The position numbers were made by a program, and so were the translations under genes. A model generated the notes under the pieces. That model was given only the letters and a program-made list of their open reading frames with translations. It was not told the origin of the DNA and did no database searches. Shown piece by piece: positions 51,901 to 64,000 of a stretch of DNA of 64,000 nt (positions are counted from its first letter, which is position 1; the number at the start of each line of letters is the position of its first letter). The DNA is from Lingula anatina (taxonomy: Eukaryota; Animalia; Brachiopoda): assembly GCA_051362555.1 (NCBI GenBank), contig CM120641.1, positions 3,100,001 through 3,164,000 of the forward strand, in the 5' to 3' direction.

Positions 51901-54900
51901 AAAAAGTGGTCTGGTCTGTAAAGAAACATCAGCTGTGCTTCTCGGTCTGATGAGAAGAGATTCAATGGACTGGCTGGTTTGGGAGGCAAAACTACCCCAG
52001 CCTCTTGGTATGTCTCTTTCGATGGTTGAGAATGTAGAATGCCAAGACGAGTCTGTCTGGAAGCCTTGTGATCTCTGCTGCCGGGTTTTTCTTTGAGTCT
52101 TGTCTTCATTTGAAACTCTACCAGTTCTCATAGATTCAATGATGTTGCCTGAAGAATCTCCAAACATTTCATCATTGCTGAGATACAGTCTTTCTTCAGA
52201 GGAAGAGATGGAAGTCTTGCTTGGGGCAGACTGTTGGAAGAGAAGACTGGAAGAGAGATCAGTGATGTTTGATGGTAAACTGGCTGATCTCCCTCTAGGA
52301 GTAATTGGGGATGGGACTTCAATAGACTGGTCTGGGGTATGCCTCTTAGATGAATGTTGTAAGGTTTGACCTCCTTCAAGATCTTGTGAGGAGGCATTTG
52401 GAGAAAATTCACTATTGTCAGGATACTTCACTGAAGATTCGGGTTTTCTGGACTTGGAACCCTGGGTATCATGTGAGAGCAGTTGATCAGGTATTGAAAC
52501 TTCAGAATCCTCTTGGTTTGCAAATGTATTATTTGCTAAATCCACATGGCCTGCTGGCTGTGGTGATTCTGATGCTGTATCTGACTTTATTTCTCTACCA
52601 TACTCTGCATTTTCTCTTTCTTCCCTGTACACTGGCTGATCCTGGCTGCTCTTATCACCTCCCTTGTTTATTTGGGGAATGTGAACTCCCTCTAACATAC
52701 CCTTGGCTGCAACACCAATTTCTGTCTCACCTTGTTCCACAGATGGTATTTCATTAACAGGTGAAGACCTACCGGATGTTTCTGCCTCTTCACCTGAGTC
52801 ATTCTGATTAGCATGAGTTGAATTAACAGTCTGGAATGGTGCTAATTCATCCATAGGGGGTGAGTTTTTGCTTGTCTGAGTGTTAAAACTGTTTGTTGTT
52901 TCTTTCTGGCAAGATACTCTATCACCTGCCTGAGCTGACACATCAGATGAAGCAGGTTGAACTTCATTAACAGGAGATGGCTCTCTACTTGTCTGGGTGC
53001 TGAAGCTATGGACTGACTTCTTTGGTTTTTGTTTCTTGTTCGAGTCACTGTCATCTGCCTGTGTTGACATGTCACTCTGTGATGGTCTCATCTCTTCAAC
53101 TGGAGAAGGTTCTCTGCTCGTTTGAGTACTGAAGTTGTTTGTTGTTCTCTCAGGCGTTTGGTCCTTGCTGGCGTCACTATCGTCTGCTTCATTTGAGATG
53201 TGAATTTGAGCCAATCTCATGTCACTCTGTGATGGTCTCCTCTCTTCAACAGGAGATGGTTCTCTGCTTGTTTGAGTACTGAAGTTGTTAGTTGTTCTCT
53301 TGTCTGATTGGCTCTCATTAGAGTCTCTGTCACCTGCCTGAGTTGACATGTGAACTAGAGCAGGTCTTGTCTCATCAATGGGAGATGATGCTCTGCTAGT
53401 CTGTGTGCTCATGCTATGACTTGTAACTTCACTAGCCTGATTTGATAATGGTGGGGAATATCTTGCTGGAGTAGTGTCCAACAATGGAGAAGATGCTCTG
53501 CTGGTCTGAGTACTCGAAGCATGGTGTGTCAAAAGTCCTCTTTGTGATGCTTCATCCAATGTATCACTTCCATCTGTCTGGGTTGACATGACATTCTGTA
53601 ATGCTTTGACTGCAGTATTTTCTGACACGGGAGAAGAAGCTCTGCTTGTCTGGGTGCTGAAACTGTGACTCCTAATAAATTCCCTTTGAATTTCTTCCTT
53701 ACTTGAATCACTTTCATCTGTCTGGGTAGACATGGATGTCTGCGAAACTTTAGATGTTATATCTGGCAATGGAGAAGAACCTCTGCTGGTTTGAGTACTA
53801 AAGCTACAGTTGATCACTTGATGGCTGCCTCCTTCATTGCTAGAATCAGCCTCCTCTGTCTGTGTACACATGACACCTTGTAATGTTTTAACTGGAATAA
53901 AATCTGCAACAGGTGAAGATCCCCTGCTTGTCTGCATATGTGAACTATGGCTTGTCATATCTAAGTCTACTTTGTTCATCAATTCAGTCTCTTCTGCTTG
54001 GGTAGAAATGTCCATCTGTAGGACTGCTGTTTGGGTACTGTCTGCAACAGGGGTGGGAGCTCTACTTGTCTGTGTACTAAAGCTGTGTGTTTCACTGGCT
54101 TCAGTTTGTGATGTGTCCTCTTTAACAAACTCTTTACATGTTTGGGTTGTACTATCTTCTTGGGAAAGATCTAACAGGGATGAGCCAGTTTGCAGCTGCA
54201 CTTCTTGGGTTGCTCTCTTGCTTTGGGAGGTATCTAGTGAAGTTTCTCTGTTCTTGAAATAAACTTTCTGAGTTGAAGTTGTATCATCCGACTGAGAGCT
54301 ATAAAGTAAGTTTGTTTCGCTTGTCAAATGGGCACTTTCATCGGTGGAATCTGTGGGTGGCTCTTTATGCCTATGGTCTTTATTCTGGTCAGCTTTGGTG
54401 CATGTTCTAGTCTCTTCGGCTTTCGGAATTGCTTTATCTTCCCTTGAAATTTCTCTCTCAACACTGAGCTCTCTTAGAACACCTGACTGCAGTGATAACC
54501 GTCGATGGGCATTCCCTCTACCTGATGTCTCTTTCTCTCTGGTGGCTGTTGTTGTACCATCTTTTTCCAGTCCTTCATGACTGAGGCTCCTAAACATTAG
54601 TCCATATTCAAATGACTCAAAGTCAAACATGCGAGCAGCAAGAGAGAGTAAGCTCATGGTATCATCAGTAGAAGGACTGGTAGCTGGCAAACTCTGGCTA
54701 GGGGAAGTGGAAGTGTCAGATAAGTTGGAGGTATCTGACGTGGGGTGCAAAAGAGTAAGTGTTGGTCTTTGTGGAGTTTCTATGGATGGTGATTCTGAAG
54801 ACATTTCAGGGATATCTGTGTTATCCTCTTCAGTTATTTTGTTGGTTTCTGTGACTCCAGGATGTACTCCTCTCACACCTATATTTGGCTTGGTGATTTG

Positions 54901-57900
54901 TGAAATGCCCTTTTCTAATGTTGTGGCTGTGGATGGATGCACCCTATTTTCCAGAGAAACTGGTTCTTTATCAGATGTCATAAGCTGTTGCTGATCATCT
55001 TCCCCATCACTATATATTGGTGTCACCTCAACCATATACATATCTTCAGTGGCACCAGTAGCATCCTCATCTAATGCCATTTCCACAGCTGCTGAAGCTG
55101 CTGCCATCATAAGATCCTCCTCATCTTCATCATAAATGCCTTTGGAATCAATCTGATCCTGATGATAATTTGTTCCTTCACCACTTAATCTTTCCACAAG
55201 GAAGGTATTGTCATAACTGTTCTCTGAATATTCATTCGAGTAGCCATCAAGTGGTTTTCCAGGAGCAGAAACTGAGAAGCGCTGGTGTGGGTCACTTTGA
55301 GTAAGATTTCCAAGTGATGGCCTGTTTTCTGCTTCCACTGATGGCATTTCTGCATGGTCAAATCTCTTGCTTTTGGTATACTTTGTAGTTTGCCCAAGTT
55401 GTTGCTGGTGCATGTGATACTCAACTGGGACATTCTCTACTGAGACAGAACTGGTTTCACTCTCAATTCCATATCTAAGGTTTCTTTCAGACAGATGATC
55501 ATCATTACTTGGTAGAACTGTCTCACCACCTGTACTGACAGGTTCAGTACCAGCCATGTCCTGAACAGGGGACTCAAGGGCCACCATGTGTACAAGTGAG
55601 CTTTGTGATGCTGCTGCTGTTTCATCCGGATTAAAATCTGCACATGGTTGATGTTCTTTGACTATATTTGAAAGGGGATTGTACAAAGTTTTCTCAGATT
55701 GTTGATATCCTGGTGTTGGTACAGCTGTTGATGTATCTGTGCTGGAATCTCCATTATTGATAGAAGGTGTTTCTTCATCTTGTGGTCTAGGATTATATGC
55801 TTTATCTGGGGAGTTCCAGTCGTCTTTCCCATCCTCAAGAGGATTTTTCATGCACTCATCCTTTGCATGTTGTGACAAATGTTTTGTAAAATCAGAACTG
55901 AATCCTGGCACTGAATAATGTGTCTCACTTTGTACTGCTGATGGTGATGAATCAATTCTTTCTGATGACTTGGCAAGAGGATTCCATGCCATTTCAAACT
56001 CCGATTGAGTTTCTGGTTCAAGTTGTGATGTAGTTGTTACTGATTTCTCTTCTACATTTTCATCTATGTTTTGGTTGTCTGTCTGGAAATTTGCCACACC
56101 TTTGTCTGTTCTGTGCAAGTTAACTGAATCTTCATTTTTAACATATCCAGCATCAATAGTAGCTTTTTCCATTTGCTCATACACAACAGTCTCCAAGGGT
56201 GTTTGTAGAAGCTGTTCTTCTTCCCCATGCCAAATCTGTGCCTGAGCAGAACTGCCTTGGTTTGCTTGTCTGTCAGCATTGCTTTGTTTATCCATTTGTC
56301 TCTCAATGGGTGAAACCTCATCCACCATATTGTCTGCATCTAAGTCACTGGCCTCTAATGTAACCACCTGTTTGGCTCCAATTGCAGTTGCTGCCACTGC
56401 TGGTAAAATCTCTTTTAAGGGTGTCAATTCTGTTTGTGTAAAGGCCTTTCCAGCAGATAAATCTCTGTCTTTTAATTCCCTTGTGTCACTTGGTATGTCA
56501 TTTTCTATTTCCATATATGGTTCAACAGGAGAAACTGTACAGTTTGTGTGAAGGGATTGTTGCGATGACTCAGCAAATGTATTGCCTCTACTTCCAGTTG
56601 GTTTCATAAGACCTGTAGGTATTGGTTGATCAACTGATATGCATACAGACATGTCTTGCTGATGGCCACCTGTCTGTTCAGGCACATGTTCCACTGCTGA
56701 ATCAAAACTCTCTGAAGGTGCTGTTTCACTCAGTGTGTTAGAGATTCCCTGTATATTTAAAGCAGGGCTGAGGTCCCCACAACCAAACCTTCCATCTTCC
56801 TGTTCAAGTGCAGGTGTAGCATTGTGTGGCTTTGCAAAAAGTGCACCTTCTACTAAGGCCCGAAGTGATGGCCCACTGGAAGCTTCTGTTTCTACACATG
56901 TATCAGATGGTACATTGGACAGTGGACCTACAGATGCTTCATTCAAATAAACAGTGCCTTCTGGTGTCTCTGCTGATGCAGATTGGAGCTCTGCTGACAA
57001 ACTAGTTTTTTCTGTTGGCACTGCAGGTACACCAGGTATTGTGGCATCCACTGACTCTTGTGTTGATATAATAGGATCCCTGGAGGCTTCTTGTGTTACT
57101 TCTGATGGAAGCACTGTCAAGCTGTCTTGTGCAGTTGTCTCCACAGATATTTGTGGTGATGGCCTTGAATCTAAGACACCCTCTGGTGTTTTGTCTGATG
57201 GAGGCAATTCTGTTGTATAGTTTGCCATGTTTTCTATGGGGGCTGAACTTGACACAATGACATCTACAGAGCTCTGTGGTGTTTTGTGTGATGCAGGCAT
57301 TGCAGATGTCTCTAGTTTTGAACCAGGTAATGGTGTCTTGGTTTTCAAATTCCATGGAGACACTGCAGATGTATCTTTTTCAGCAATTCTTATAGTATCT
57401 TGTTCTGCTGTTTTTGATGGAGGCATGGTCTGTGCATTCGGTGCTGTAGTATCCGTGCTTTCTTGATGTGACACATGTCCCTGAGGCAGATTTTTTGACT
57501 GAGACACTGTATATGTATCTTGTACAGGTGTATCAATGGGGCTCTGTGGCCTCAAATCTGCTGGAGAACCTGCAGAGAGGTCTTGAACAGCAGTACCCAT
57601 GGAGCCCTGCGGTAACATTTTGGCAATCATGGTTTCATTTGGTCTCATATTTGAATGATGCGCTGAAGATGTATCTACAACAGCAGTGTCCATGGGTTCA
57701 TGTAGTGGCATTGCTGATGGAGGCAATGCAAATTTATCTGTAGAGTCTTGAGGTGGCACATCAACTGGAGACATTTCAGACGGGCCTTGTTCTGCTGTAC
57801 TCAATGAACCCTTTAGTGAATTTTTGGTTTCCATAGACCCCTGCGGTGACACATTTGATGGAGAATCTGTGGATGGATCTTGTGTAGATGTATTGATGGA

Positions 57901-60900
57901 ATCCTCTGGTGACGGTACAGTTTCCACAGACCCCTGTGCTAAATTCTCTGGTGGAAATGTCACAGTTGTGGTCAGGGGAGCATTATCCAAGGAGCTCTGT
58001 GGTGAGATTCCAGTCTCCACAGAGTCCTCTGCTGAAGTGTTTGATGGAAGATCTGCAAATGTGTCTCTTGCATTATCCAGGGAATCTTGTGATGACATTT
58101 CTGTTTCCATAGAAACCTTTCCTGGCTTTGTTAGAACTTCAGGGGAGGAAAGGGAAGAATAATCCATGGAACTGTGTGGGGACTTATGCACTTCAGATGT
58201 GTCTAGTACACCTATACTTGGGTCTCCCTGTGATGTCAAATTTGATGTTTCTGCAGGCATTTCTTGTACAGTAAAATCCATGGAGCCCTGGTCAATGATC
58301 TTGGTATCTGAGAAATTCACTGATGATATGCTTGATGGAGGCACTAAAACAGTTGTATTAATAAATTCCACTTGTGACACATCTGATGGAGGGACCACAG
58401 ATGAAGCTCCAATGTCACTTTGCAGTGGGATCTCTGATCTCAAAACCTCCTTTGGCTGCATATTAGACAGCGGTAATGATGATGTATCTAGTTTCTCTCT
58501 GTCCAAAGAAGCCTCTGATACCATATCTGACGGAGTAACTGGAGATGTGTTCTGTGCAGCAGGCTCCAATGTGTTCTGTGAAATAATTTTTGATTCAGCA
58601 GGTTCAGCAGAATGTTCAGTAGCAGTAGACTGCATGGGGCCCGGAATTGGCTCACTGGAGTAAGGCACTGAAGAAGTGTCTAGTGTAGTTGTCTCAGTCA
58701 AATCCTGTGGAGCAAGATCAGCCTCCAAAGAGTCCTTTGGTGACAAACTGGAGAAAGGCACAGCAGATGTACGTGGTCGAGTTCTGTCCAATGACTCCCC
58801 TGGTGTTGTTCCAGATGACATTACTGCAGTGTTTTGTTCAGAAGAGGGCTGTGAGTTGTGAAGAGGCATATATGGTCGTGGATCTTCTGATGCATCAAGC
58901 ACAGTGCTATCAGTGGCACTGAGAGTTGCTGTATCAGATGGAGGCACTGTAAATGTTTCCAGGGTAGTAGTCTCTATGATGTTCTGCTGAGGCAAAGTTG
59001 GTTGTGAAAGTGTATTTGTTTCTAGTGTATTTGTTCCCAAGGAACTTGTTTGGAAATTTTCAGTATCCATTGGGCATTGTGCAGACGCTTTACTTGCATC
59101 TAATGCAGCACCGTTCATGAAATGAGATGGAGGCAACTCATGTCTGTCCAATTTTTCCCCTGAGACTGTTGACATGTTGGATGGGGGTACTGTTGGCATA
59201 TTTGAAGCAGAATTCTCTATGAAACCCTCTCCTGGAACATTTGATAGGTGCCCTGCTTTCATATCATCCACAGTTAAATCAAAGGTACCCTGTTCAGATA
59301 TCTGGGTATCAATGGAGCCCAGTGTTGACATATTAGATACGGGAACTCCACTTGCATCCAGGGCAGTGGTACTCATGGAGCCCTCTGGGGACATAACAGA
59401 GTCCATATGACCCACTATGGACAAAATTGATGGAGGCACTGCAGGTGTGTCTGGTGAAGTTCCAATAGTAGAATCCTGTGGGTTCATATGGCTGGAATCC
59501 TTTGAGTTCATCAAAGTAGAGTCTTGTTGGTTTACCTTGGTATTTGTGAATTGCTGTGGGGACATACTGGTGTCCATGCGAACTGCTGCTGACATATCTG
59601 ATGGAGGAACTCTAGATGTATCTATTGGAATTCTACTAGCTGAGTCCTGTGGTTTCAACTCAGTGGAATCTTGTGGGTTCAATTCTGTATAGGTGGAATC
59701 TTGTGGGGACATACTTGTGTCCATGTGAACTGCTGCTGACATATCTGATGGAGGAACCGTAGATGTATCTAGTGGAATTCTACTAGCCGAGTCCTGTGGT
59801 TTCAACTCAGTGGAATCTTGTGGGTTCAATTCTGTATAGGTAGAATCCTGTGGGGACATACTTGTGTCCATGTGAACTGCTGCTGACATATCTGATGGGG
59901 GAACCTTAGACGTATGTAGTGGAATTCTTCTGGTTGAATCCTGAGGTTTCAATTCAGTGGAATCCTGTGGGTTTATCTCTGTAATCTCTGTATAAGTGGA
60001 ATCCTGTGGGGACACATTGGTGTCCATTTGACCTGAAGTTGATACATTTGATACTGCAGAGAGATCTAGTGAAGTCCCATGTTCGGAATCCTGTTGTTTC
60101 ATCTTGGTATAATCCTGATAGGACATACTGGTGTCCATGTGATCTGCTTTGGGCATATTTGATGGAAGAACTGCAGATGTGTCCTGTGAAATTCCTTTAA
60201 TGGCATCCTGTAAGTACATCTTATTGGAATCTTGTGAATTCTTCTCACTATATGTGGAATCCTGAGGGGCCATATTGATGGCCATGACACCTGCTGCCGA
60301 CAAATCTGATGGGGGAACTGCAGATGTATCTAGTGGAGTCCCATAAGTGGAATCCTGTGGGTTCATCTCAGTTTTTGTGGATGCCTGTGGGAGCATATTT
60401 GTGTACTTGCCACCTGGGGCTGACAAATCTGATGAAGAAACTGCAGATGTATCTTGTGGAATTCTACTCGTGGAATCCCGTTGGTTCATCTGGGTATAAG
60501 TGGTATCTGCTGGAGACATAGTGGTGTCCATGTAACCCATTTGTGGCATATCTGATAGAGGTACTGCAGACATGTCTTGTGGGATACCATTTGTGAAATC
60601 CTGTGGGTTCATATCAGTATATGTAGATCCATGTGGGACTGTGCTGGAGTCCATACCACCTGCCGATATGTTTGATGAAGGAACTGCAGAATTGTCTGAT
60701 GGAATTCCAGTCAAATCCTGTGGGTTCATCTTGGTGGAGTCCTGTTGTTTCATCTCAGTATAAGTGGACTCCTGTTGGGACATATTGTTGTCCATGTGAT
60801 CTGCTGCTGACATATTTGATGGATCAACTGCAGACTTGTTCAGTGGAACTCCATTAGTGGCATCCTGTGAATGTATCTTGGTGAAATCTTGTGGATTCTT

Positions 60901-63900
60901 TTCAGTATATGTGGAATCCTGTGGGACCATACTGATGTCCATGTCACCTGCTGCTGAAAAATCTGATGTAGGAACTGCAGACGTATCTAGTGGAGTTCCA
61001 TAAGTGGAATCCTGTGTGTTCATCTCAGTTTTTGTGGATCCCTGTGGGAGCATATTTGTGTACTTGCCACCTGGGGCTGACAAAGCTGATGAAGAAACTG
61101 CAGATGTATCTTGTGGAATTCTACTTGTGGAATCCTGTTGGTTCATCTCGGCATAAGTGGTATCCTCTGGGGACATACGGGTGTCGATGTGACCAACTTG
61201 TGACATATCTGATAGGAGCACTGCAGATGTGTCTTGTGGGATACCATTTGAGAAATCTTGTGGGTTCATATCAGTATATGTGGATACATGTGGGACTGTA
61301 CTGGAGTCCATGCCACCTGCTGTTGATATGTTTGATGCAGGAACTGCAGAATTGTCTGATGGAATTCCAGTCAAATCCTGTGGGTTCATTTTGGTGGAGT
61401 CCTGTTGTTTCATCTCAGTATAAGTGGACCCCTGTAGGGACATATTGTTGTCCATGTGATCTGCTGCTGACATATTTGATGGATCAACTGCAGACTTGTT
61501 CAGTGGAACTCCATTAGTGGCATCCTGTGAATGTATCTTGGTGGAATCTTGTGGATTCTTTTCAGTATATGTGGAATCCTGTGGGACCATACTGATGTCC
61601 ATGTCTCCTGCTGCTGAAAAATCTGATGTAGGAACTGCAGACGTATCTAGTGGAGTTCCATAAGTGGAATCCTGTGTGTTCATCTCAGTTTTTGTGGATC
61701 CCTGTGGAAGCATTTTTGTGTACTTGCCACCTGGGGCTGACAAAGCTGATGAAGAAACTGCAGATGTATCTTGTGGAATTCTACTTGTGGAATCCTGTTG
61801 GTTCATCTCGGCATAAGTGGTATCCTCTGGGGACATACGGGTGTCGATGTGACCAACTTGTGACATATCTGATAGGAGCACTGCAGATGTGTCTTGTGGG
61901 ATACCATTTGTGAAATCTTGTGGGTTCATATCAGTATATGTGGATACATGTGGGACTGTACTGGAGTCCATGCCACCTGCTGTTGATATGTTTGATGCAG
62001 GAACTGCAGAATTGTCTGATGGAATTCCAGTCAAATCCTGTGGGTTCATTTTGGTGGAGTCCTGTTGTTTCATCTCAGTATAAGTGGACCCCTGTAGGGA
62101 CATATTGTTGTCCATGTGATCTGCTGCTGACATATTTGATGGATCAACTGCAGACTTGTTCAGTGGAACTCCATTAGTGGCATCCTGTGAATGTACCTTG
62201 GTGGAATCTTGTGGATTCTTTTCAGAATATGTGGAATCCTGTGGGACCATACTGATGGCCATGTCACCTGCTGCTGACAAATCTGATGGAGGAAACACTG
62301 ACTTATCTAGTGGAATTCCATTAGTGGAATCATCTGGGTTCATCTTTGTGAGATCTTGTGTGTTCACATCAGTATATGTGATGGAGGCAGATGACATATC
62401 TGATGGAGGCACTGCAGATGTGTCTAGTGGAGTGCCTTTAGTGGAATCCTGTGGGATAATCCTGGTATATGGGGCCATGTGGCCCACTTCTGACACATTT
62501 GATGGAGGTGCTGCAGACCTGTCTAGTGCAAATCTATCAGTAGAATACTGTGGTGGCACACTCTTGGTACCAGTTGACCCCTGTGACACCTCTGATGTTT
62601 CTTGTGTAGTACTATCAACGCAGCCCTGTGGTACAGTTATTTCAGATGTGTTTGAAGGAGAAACCTCCATAGTTCCCTGGGCCAAAACTGTGGTATCCAA
62701 TGCATCATTAATAGATATATTTGCTAGAGGGAAGGCAGAAGTGTCAAGTGAAGTAGCATCCTTGTAGGCCTGTGGTGCAACACCTGATGTAGGTACAAGA
62801 GATTTGTCTAGTCTTGGAATCTCCATTGGATTTTTTGGCAGCATATTTGACAAAGGCACTGGAGTTCCACCTATTTCAGCTATGTTTGCAATGTCCTCTG
62901 GCAAGAAATTTTGTGCTGGCACTTCAGGTTTATATAGTGCAGCAGTATCCATGGAGCTCTGAGATGGCGCATTTGATTGAGGCACTTTGGAGATGTCTTG
63001 TGCAGTTTTGTCCCTGAATATCTGCCATGACAAATCTGGTGAAGCACTTTCTGCTGAATCTACTTCAATTTCTGAATCTGAAAGGTCTGTCACACCAGAT
63101 AAAGCTCTGCTATTTTGAGGCACAAGTGCCTGCTGGACCAAGTCTTTCAAGGTTAGATGGTCCTGAACAAGAGTGGCATTAGCTTCATCTATTGTCAGTT
63201 GTTGCATATATTTGGCATGTGGAGCCTGTGGCATATGATCTGAAGTGGAGCGCATTGTATGTTCTGACTTTGTGTCCTTATCAGCCTCAGGAATGATGGA
63301 GGTCTGCTGATTATTCAATAAAGTACAATCTTCAGTGCCATCTTCTAATCCTTCAGAAGTACTCTTTTCTACAGATATTTGTTGGCCCATTTCTTCTTCA
63401 ACTGTAACATCTGATGCTTGGTTAGTGCTCTCACTATCTTGTATTTCAAATGTCTTTAGTGTCCCTGGCCCTGAAATGAATTGCTTTATTGGTATTAATG
63501 TTGGTATGTCTTCTTCCCTCTGAATGTCCAAATCTTGTTCACTTTCAGCACTACTCCCATCAAATAATCCTTGAGATAAGTTATCCTCTCCTTTTTCAAC
63601 GTATGCAGAGTTTGCCTTCAAATCTATCTGTCTGGTTTGATGTCTAGTTGGTGAGTCATCATCTGGACTGCTACCTTCCTCTAAGATTATCTCAACATCA
63701 CCCTGTGTATGTGATTCTCTAAGATTAACTTCTCCATCCTGGTTTCTCAGAGAGTCTGCAACTGATCTTGTTGTACCCGCTTTCTTCATTTCTATTTCTG
63801 GTTGAACCCTGGACAGGGCCCATGAAAGCTTCTCAGGAATATCAAACTCTTCCACATCTTCCTCTGGGGCCTGATATTGTCCTGGCTGTGCTTGGTATTC

Positions 63901-64000
63901 ATGCAGAGCTGTTCCTTTGGCATGCATCTGGGTCCAATCAATCTTATCCCCTTGTGGTGTTTTGAAAAGACCACAAGTCAGATCTGGCTTGTCTTGGAGA
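45961..64000 (-). CDS. 3' portion of a giant, mostly disordered S/T/P/D-rich protein with C-terminal coiled coils. Exons: 51321->64000, 48837-51060, 48545-48650, (possible 47928-47960), 46650-46768, 45961-46339
   Basis: Frame is open to the window edge. GT-AG junctions have matching phases 1, 2, 0, 2; a TACTAAC branch point precedes the 51060 acceptor; stop at 45961. No family recognised. Confidence 0.85.
52873..54147 (-). repeat. Coding array of 14 TQT motifs (alternating FSTQTSRxxSP and MSTQ[TA]D-type units)
   Basis: Counted in the supplied translation. Confidence 0.9.
59555..59960 (-). repeat. About three copies of a 120-bp (40-aa) coding repeat
   Basis: VPPSDMSAAVHMDTSMSPQDSTYTELNPQDSTELKPQDSASRIPLDTS-type units; period 120 at 59693 and 59813. 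Confidence 0.9.
60300..62320 (-). repeat. Three copies of a 660-bp (220-aa) coding higher-order repeat
   Basis: CAGTGGAACTCCATTAGTGGCATCC at 60841, 61501 and 62161. Confidence 0.95.

Noticed and set aside
49228-63965. Many plus-strand and off-frame ORFs over the giant exons
   Set aside because: Antisense or shifted-frame shadows of a low-complexity, repetitive coding sequence.
45961-64000. Calling the giant gene ALMS1, a mucin or titin
   Set aside because: No ALMS motif at the C-terminus and no Cys-rich, vWD, Ig or transmembrane segments visible; the resemblance is architectural only.

Overview
AT-rich animal genomic DNA with spliceosomal GT-AG introns; the TE content suggests a mollusc or other marine invertebrate (inference). 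Left part (1-~39.6 kb): a head-to-tail tandem array of an ~18.2-18.3 kb unit. Each unit carries a minus-strand type-I L-asparaginase/60-kDa lysophospholipase (ASPG-like) gene: copy A (exon 1 only, runs off the left edge), copy B (6508-18246) and copy C (25085-36564). In B and C the catalytic domain is intact, carries an in-frame 21-aa duplication, and has lost nearly all of the normal C-terminal ankyrin region; only out-of-frame or decaying relics remain. B and C differ by clustered amino-acid changes in exons 9-10. Intron 2 is a nest of transposons. Middle (39.4-43 kb): a decayed Tc1-type element plus MITEs; the array junction falls in that element's left end. Right part (45.9-64 kb): the 3' end of a very large minus-strand gene (>5,100 aa, mostly disordered). 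It has a >12.6 kb exon, 660-bp higher-order coding repeats and a dense array of TQT motifs resembling LC8/DYNLL-binding sites. All alignments and counts were done by eye.
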